In this document: piece after piece, positions 54,891 through 64,000 of the stretch
How positions within the stretch are numbered: the stretch's first letter is position 1
Layout of the letters: each line of letters opens with the position of its first letter
Assembly: GCF_009914755.1 (NCBI RefSeq)
Contig: NC_060930.1
Source of the DNA: the human T2T-CHM13v2.0 reference genome, Homo sapiens
Length of the DNA: 64,000 nucleotides
Direction: 5' to 3' (one strand)
Made by a program: the position numbers and the translations under genes
The notes under the pieces: generated by a model
The model's input: the letters and a program-made list of their open reading frames with translations, nothing else
Told to the model about the DNA's origin: nothing
Database searches by the model: none

Positions 54891-55825
54891 ACACTATAAA
54901 TGACAGAATGTACCCTCTAGAACAAAGGAGTTCCCCCCTTAACTTCTGAATAATGGATGTTCTCCTGAGAGTTTATGACAATTTTGACACTTGTATGCAA
55001 AAAAGTGTGACTATATAATTATGCTTGTTTACTTTCAATCTGAAAGTGAGGTCCTTATCTTTCATCAGCATTTTACAATGGTCTGAATTTTTTAAAAAGT
55101 TAACCACCTTGCTTTGTGGGGAAAATGATTTTGAGAAATCTACCTACATGAAAGTGCTAGATTTATCTCTGAGTTTAGATGAGATTTTAATCAAGATGTC
55201 ATCTTTGTACACATCAGTATCCTACTTAGAATATAGCTAATATCACTCCTGAACTGTACATCTCAGAGGGAATTCCATTAGCCTAAATGCTTTGAGATAT
55301 CCCTATAGGTTATAGTATGAACATAAGATGATATTATATTGATTTAGGTTAAAATCAACATAGTCACTGAAAAATTAGAATCAGATTATAAAGAATGGAG
55401 CACATAAAATGCATTAATAGAGAAGTAGAATGAAGCCACGTGTATCTCGGTCCAAAGTGCTTTGCATGTAAAAATATTCCATTAAGAAAAAGAGTATTTG
55501 GGTGATGTATTGATGTGACTGAGGACTATGAAATAATTTCCCAGGAAAACACTGACTGCTTAAATGATGACATAAAACACTATCTGTTCTAAGATGGAAT
55601 CTTCCTTTAATTTTGAATGCTGTCTGCCAAAATGAACTGCAGGAACAAATGCTACATCTCATAATATCTTCTGAATGTGCAATTTTTTTCCCCTAACATT
55701 TCCTGTGGCAAATAGTTACATCCTAATTCAATTTTTAAGGGGCAGTATATTTTTTTAACTAATTAAACATGTCCTATTTTGACATAATCTCTTCCACTTT
55801 ACTACTGAAGTGAAGCTAGACACTA

Positions 55826-56179
<354 letters not shown>

Positions 56180-56479
56180 TCATTTAACTGTTTTTTAAGA
56201 TGTGATGATCCTAAACTTTTCCTTCATACAGCAAACATATATTAAGTGCCTGTTCTGTGCTAAACCTCTTGCTAAGGTTTTGAAATAAAAGGACTAAGAT
56301 ACAAATCCTGTTCTTATGAAACCTGTGTCTAGTGATAGATGGACATGAACATGAAGTACACTAAAGTGAGGTAGCTGACATTAGAGGCATTCTTTAAGTG
56401 TTGCAGCATTAGTATTGGTATTGCAATTTTAATATATGCCATTACTGGTATTTTGTAGTATTAGTAAAACTGTTGTAGT

Positions 56480-56996
56480 ATTAGTGTAGTATACTGTATT
56501 TTCCAAAAGTGTTTAAGGGAATATTCCTCCTATATGTTTTTCCAGAACCTTGCTACTCCCCTATCTGTAAGTGTAGTTTATTTACCCATCCCTTGGCTAT
56601 AGGTGGGCCTTTAAGACTGATTCAAAGTATAGAATGCAGCAGAAGTGACAGTATGTGATTTTGAGACTAGGTCATAAAAAAGTAATATGGCTTCCACCCA
56701 GCTTGCTCTCGGACCAGCCACCATGTTGTGAGGAAGTTCAAGCCCATGGAAAGGGTAGGTGTTTTGGCCTCCAACCCTGGCCAAAGTCTCAGCAAAAACT
56801 AGCCAAACATAGGCATGACCATCAAATGATTTACACTCAGTCTCTGAGCCATCCCAGCTGACTCTGAGTGGAGCAGAGGTGAGTTATCTCTATTAAGGGA
56901 TACTCACATTGCAAATTTGTGAGCAAAATGAATTCCATTGTTTTAAGCCACTAAGTTTTGAGGAAGCTTATCATGCAGCAATAGGTAACTGAAACA
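56480..56996 (+). mobile_element. MLT1 (G/H-like) solo LTR
   Basis: TAGAATGCAGCAGAAGTGAC...GACTAGGTCATAAAA, GCCACCATGTTGTGAGGAAG, TTTAAGCCACTAAGTTTTG...GTAACTGAAACA. Confidence 0.85.
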
Positions 56997-58024
56997 ATAA
57001 GAAAAATTAGTATAAGGCATTAACAGGAGCATGTGTAAAAATATTTGTAATGTAAGGAACCATATACTATAGGAATAAATAAATTGACAGAGGTACAGCT
57101 GGAGATATCTTATTTGGGCAGATGAGAAGAATCAGAGAAAGAAAAAATAAACAAAATGGATATTGTCAAAGGCTCTCGAATTATGAGTCTGATTTATAAA
57201 AGAGAAATAGTATAAGCTGACGGGGGTGGGGCTTGCATGTGATGAAGAGAAACAGCAAGGACATTCATAACAAAGGAAAAGTTTGAGTAAATCCAGAAAT
57301 GATTGACCATTATGGTTGGTTTTGGACAAGAGCAAGTGGTCCAGTTTTCCTGGAGTGTAGGAAACCTTTCAAAACGGAATTAGAAACTTACCAGTGAGTC
57401 ATGAAATCAAATCAGAAAATCAGACATTTTTTTAATGGATCAGAATAGAATATTATAAACAATATAAAAGTGCATTTTATTTAGTAAGAGTAAGGCTTAT
57501 GTTGTGAAGTGTTTACTTGTGGTTACATACATGTATAACCTGGGCCATAATATATAACAGAATAATTGTGGTTTACTATCAAAAATGTGTGAAAAACACT
57601 GAGAGTGTGTGCATTTAGGAGTATAGTAAGAGATAAGCCTGGATTTGAGGGCAGGAGGCCTGTCCTGTTCCTTTCCAAGTCCCATGGTATAGAGCCATCA
57701 TTCACTTTCTCACAACTTTTACCTAAATTAAACTTTTATTATGATTTATTTTAATGAATATATAAATGAAGTTTTTAGTTATATATTAGTTTCATTATAT
57801 AGTGGTTCTTGACATCTAGGAAAGTATTTCTAGTTCTTTTTATGCTCAATTCCCATTTATGTTGTTTCTGAATGAATGAGTAGTACAGCACTGGAATATC
57901 CTTTTCATCAAGTGAGATTTTCTTTTCATTGAGAGATATTACACATGAGTGGAGAGTAAGCTTACCAATTTGGTTCTGTTTCTTCTGTGTCTCTGGAGAA
58001 TCCTGACGATACAAATATGTGTAA

Positions 58025-58526
<502 letters not shown>

Positions 58527-58676
58527 GAGAGTATGGTTTTTAAAAGCTATTCTATGTACTTTTTGGTTTAAACTATTCATACATACACAGATAAGGACTG
58601 GAAGATAAAATCATTTGAAGATAATTGTCTTAGAGCAGTGAGAATTTGTTTTCTATCATTTAAAAAATTGCCTTTC

Positions 58677-58975
58677 GTTGGGCGTGGTGATTCATGCCTG
58701 TAATCCTAGCACTTTGGGAGGCCGAGGAGGGCAGCTCACTTGAGGTCAGGAGTTCGAGACCAGCCTGGCCAACATGGTGAAACCCTGTCTCTATTAAAAA
58801 TACAAAAATTAGGTGGGTTTGGTGCCAGGTGCCTGTAATCCCAGTTACTCAGGGAGGCTGAGGCATGAGAATCACTTGAACCCTGGAGGCGGAGGTTGCA
58901 GTAAGCCAAGATCATGCCACTGCATTCCAGCCTGGGTGACAGAGTGAGACTCTGTCTCAAAAAGAAAAAAAAAAA
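58677..58975 (+). mobile_element. AluS (Sz/Sx-like)
   Basis: CACTTGAGGTCAGGAGTTCGAGACCAGCCTGGCCAACATGG. Flanking TTGCCTTT repeats. Confidence 0.93.
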
Positions 58976-59045
58976 CCTTGCCTTTTATATATTAAATATT
59001 TTTTAAACAGAAATAAAATTCAAAGAGTATGATGGTTAAGGTTTA

Positions 59046-59075
59046 TATATATATAATATATATATTATATATATA
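59046..59075. repeat. Perfect 30-bp AT-only palindrome
   Basis: TATATATATA-ATATATATAT-TATATATATA equals its own reverse complement. Confidence 0.9.
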
Positions 59076-59289
59076 GTTTCATTCAAGAAAGATTGTACAG
59101 AATACAAATTCTCAAATCCCACTTTGAGACTTATTACTTAAGCTACATATGTTACTGTAGGTAAAATTTCCATTATTTCTAAGACCATTCAGAAATACTA
59201 TTTGCTAAAGATGTACTTTCTATTTCTGTTACGAATTTTCAGACCAATCGACATATGGTGCATCTTTTATAAAGTTTAATCTGAATTAG

Positions 59290-59696
<407 letters not shown>

Positions 59697-62600
59697 ATAA
59701 GACTAAATTTTTAAGATATATACACATCAATGCTAAGCAAAGTCTGTCCATTGGAGGTGAAAGAAAATCAATTCCACATTATTTTCCAAAAGCATATTAT
59801 GCAGAATTCTCAGTATTTAAGAAAGCCCACTCTTTAGCTACTGATAGAAAATGTGATGCCTTTTATTTTTAACAAATATGGACAAAAGTTTAGTGTCTTA
59901 AATTACTGTGGGTTTTGTTTTTATTTCAAGCCAAAATACCCTCTATTTGTAGTCTTTCTAATGTTGAGGAAATATATGTATATTAATCAGCATAGATTAG
60001 ATTATATTGTAGTAACAAATTAAAGTTCCAGTGACCTGGACTTCTACTCCTGGTCAAGATAGATTAACAGAGACCAGGTTTACCATTCTTCTGCACACCT
60101 GAAACAACCAAGACAAGAACAAGACCACAAGACAACATCTAAAAGACAAGACCACACCTAAAACAACCAAGAACTGGATAAACTATATGAAATAGTGTTT
60201 TTCAAAATATGGGCATCAGACAACTAAAGACAGTGATCCCTGAGAACGGGAAACAAATGACGTGAACCCTGCCATTACTTCTAGATCATTGCCTCGAGAG
60301 AGTTTCCAGGCCATGTTAATGGGAGGGGAACACTGGGCAGCACCTGGTGTACTCCCTGAGTTGAGACGGAGCTGAGGGTGTGAGAATACTCAAGTGGATA
60401 GAGCTCACAGAATAGAATACTGGAGAAGTAGCTACAGGAGCAAGAACTCTGCAGATCTGCAGAGTCTGCTTCAAGAATTCAGGGGAGTACTGATTAGCAC
60501 ATGTGTGAGAAAACTACCCTAAATTACAGGGGAAGAAAAACAATATTCAGAGGAAACAGGACCTGGTGTTCAAACAGGGCATGGAATAGTGTCTGCTACC
60601 ATCAGCCAGACTGGAAAAACATCTAGTGGGGCATTGGTACTATGTACAGAAGGGTCTTCCATCAGTAGTCGGGAATGATTAGCTCTAGATGAGCATTGCT
60701 CTGATTTCACTTAACAAAACTTTAATGTTAAGCTGAAAGGATCAGTTTCCAAGAAAGAAAACTGTTTCTAATATAAGTCTCAATAACAATCATAGACATA
60801 CAAAAATACATAGATTTCAACATGGTAAAATTCACAATTTCTAGCATCTGATAAAAATTACCAATTTTTAAAAGAAGCAGGAAAATATGATCCATAATAT
60901 TGAGCAAAATCAATCAGTTTAAACTAAACCAGAAGTGAAATGGATGTTGGAATTAGCAGATAAGGACATTAACCAGTTATTATAACTGTATTTTGTATGC
61001 TCAAGAAGTTAAACAGACATGATGTACAAAATGATTAAAAGGAAACTTCTAGAAATAAAAATGACAATTCCTGGGATAAAAATATACTGTATAGGATTAA
61101 GGGCTGATTAGACATTGCAGAAGAAAAGATTAGTAAACTTGAAGACATGTAATGGGAACTAACTATAGTGAATCAAGCTGAGACAAAAATGCTTAAAAAG
61201 GAACCCTGAATGTCAGTGAGCAGTCGGATAACTTCAAGCAGTCTAATATATATAGAATTGGAATCCCTGGATAGGAATGGGGGAGCAGAAAAATATTTGA
61301 AAATGTAGTAGCCAAAGGTCTTTTAATTTGAGGAAAATTATAAACCCATAGACGCAAGAAACTCAAGTGAAAGGAACATGATGAAAACTACAGTGAGGTA
61401 CATCTTCAAAGTGCTCAAAACCAGGAATAAAGAGACAATCATAGGAGCAGCCAAGGCAATAGGACATATTATATACATAGAAACAAAGATAAGAATTAAA
61501 GAAAATTTTTGATCAGAAAAAACAAAAGTGAGAAGATAATGGAACAACCTCTTTAAAATATTGAAGAAAAAAATCTGTCCATCTAGAATTCTACATCTAC
61601 AGAAAATATCAAAGACGAAGAGGAAAAGGACAAGAAATGTTAAAAGGAGTCTTCCAAATAGAAAAAAAAAAAGATGAAAATATCGTTCTTTAAATAGGAA
61701 TGAAGAATACAAATGTTATAAGCAAAAAAAAACCCCAGAGTTTTTCTTCTTATTTAATATTTTAAGAAGATAGTTGACTTTAAAAAATATTAACAATGTA
61801 GTATATGGTTAATGACATATGTAAAATATGTGGCAATAATAATATGTGATAACAATGACAAGACCAACAAGTGAGAAATGGAAGTATGCTATGTAAAGTT
61901 CTTATACTATGTATGTAGTGGTAAAGTACCACTTGAAGGTAGACTGATAAAGAGTTATGCTATAAATTCAAAAGCACGCACTTAAGTAATAATAAAACAT
62001 AGTCAAAGAATCATAGCTAATAAGCTAACCGAGGAGATAAGATAGAATAACAAAAGCACTCTATATATGCTGATAGAAAAGATGAAAAAGGGAACAAAGA
62101 AAAGATGGGACAAATACAGGTAAATAGGCAGATAGACTTAAATTGAACCATTAAAATAACATAAAATGCAAGTGGTTTAAATGCTCCAATTAAAAGACGA
62201 AAGTTTTCATATTGGATAAAAATGCAAGACCTAACTGTATTTTGTCTACAAGAAACTCACTTTAAATATAAACATACGAGTATGTTTAAAGAAAAAAAGT
62301 AGAAAATTTATATCATGCTGACGTGAACCAAAAGAAAGGTGGAATGACCATATTAATACTGAATAAAGTAAGTTTCAATGTAAAGAATACCACCAGGAAT
62401 AATGAAGATTATTTCTTAATTATTCCTGCAATATAATACATTAGAAAAACATAATAATCCTCCTAATAATAACTAGATCCTAATGAAACATTAGAAGGAC
62501 TAGTATTTAGAATTACTAATTCTAACAGTAATTAGAAAGACAAAATAATATGCTTATTTACCTAATAACAGAGCTTCAAAATATATGAAAGAAAAAAAGA

Positions 62601-62745
62601 ACTGCAAAGAGATAAATACAAATTCACAAGTATAGTCAGAAATTTTAATTCTCTTCTTTCACTAATTGATAAAACAAGTAGACAAAAAATCAGCAGGGTG
62701 ATAGATGACTAGGAAACTGCTATCAATTGTCTTGACCTAGCTGCC

Positions 62746-62776
<31 letters not shown>

Positions 62777-62810
62777 GACAGTGTCTTGCTCTGTTGCCCA
62801 GGCTGGAGTG
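62746..62810 (-). mobile_element. 36-nt Alu 3' fragment with T10-A19 tail
   Basis: GAGACAGTGTCTTGCTCTGTTGCCCAGGCTGGAGTG at 62775-62810, flanked by TAGCT. Confidence 0.85.
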
Positions 62811-63067
62811 TTAGCTTACATTTATGGAGCAAACAACAGCAGAATTTACAGAGAGCACTTACCGCAACATATCACATACTAGGCCATCAAACAGTCTTAA
62901 TAAATTAAAAAAAAATTTCAGGTTCTACAAAGCGTATTCTCTAAAATATGATTAGATTAGAAATCAATAACAAAAATTGTTGAGCTGTCTTCAAAAATTG
63001 GGAAACTATATAATGTACTTTTAAATAATATACTTACAAAAGTGAAATTGTTTGTATTAATATTTAA

Positions 63068-63385
<318 letters not shown>

Positions 63386-64000
63386 TAACAAAGTAAATTT
63401 CAATGTAAAGAATACTATCAGGGATAGTAATAAAGGTCATTTACTAATCATTCCTTAGTCAATGCACTCCTGGCTCAAAGAAACATTTTTTTTAAAAAAA
63501 GAAATTATTTTAAACTGAATAAAAATTAAACACACTACCAAAATGTGTGCCACTAAAAGAATACTTAGGGAGAAATTTACTGCACTAAACACCTATTTTA
63601 GAAAAGAAGAAAGATCTTAAATCAGACATCTCAGTTTCCACTTTAGGAAACTAGCAAAATAAAATGAAAATAAACTTACAATAAGCAGAAGAAAGGAAAC
63701 AATAATCTGGAGTAGAAATAAACTAAATAGAACATTAGAAAAGAATGCAGAAGCATCATGAAAACAAAAGCTTGTTCTTTGAGAAGACAGAAAAAAATTA
63801 ATTCAAATCTAACCAGGTTTATTAGGAAAAATAAAGAAGAAAAAATCAGTCTCAGGAATGAAAGAGGTGACATCATTACAGATCTACAGATATTTTAATT
63901 ATAATAAGAGAATATTATGAAAAACTTCATGTCAATAAATCAGACGTTTTGTATAATATGAAAGAATTTCTTGAAAAATTTATACCACAAAAAAAATTCC

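Noticed and set aside
61338-61712. 124-aa hydrophobic minus-strand ORF resembling a membrane protein
   Set aside because: Antisense reading of the A-rich L1 ORF1 region gives Phe/Leu/Ile-rich peptides by composition

Overview
Human (primate) non-coding genomic DNA, AT-rich, with no CpG island and no recognisable protein-coding exon, RNA gene or CRISPR-like array. An AluYb-lineage insertion at 2667-3008 points to human. Roughly half the window is transposon-derived: about 14 Alu copies or fragments, old L1M pieces, one young L1PA 3' end, many L2 and MIR fragments, ERVL/MaLR/ERV1 solo LTRs, hAT-Charlie (MER5/MER20/MER58) and Tigger3 elements, plus microsatellites. The supplied ORFs are short and either repeat-derived or chance. 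I found no convincing new biological system. The best leads are a 7-of-8-diagnostic AluYb, a probable ancient Gypsy-class fossil at about 17.6-18.4 kb, an unusually long L2 that keeps endonuclease motifs, several locally templated direct and inverted duplications, a trio of alternating-orientation Alus, and a strong LTR orientation bias hinting at a minus-strand host transcript. Subfamily names come from recalled consensus sequences, not a database search. Boundaries of old repeats are approximate (tens of bp).
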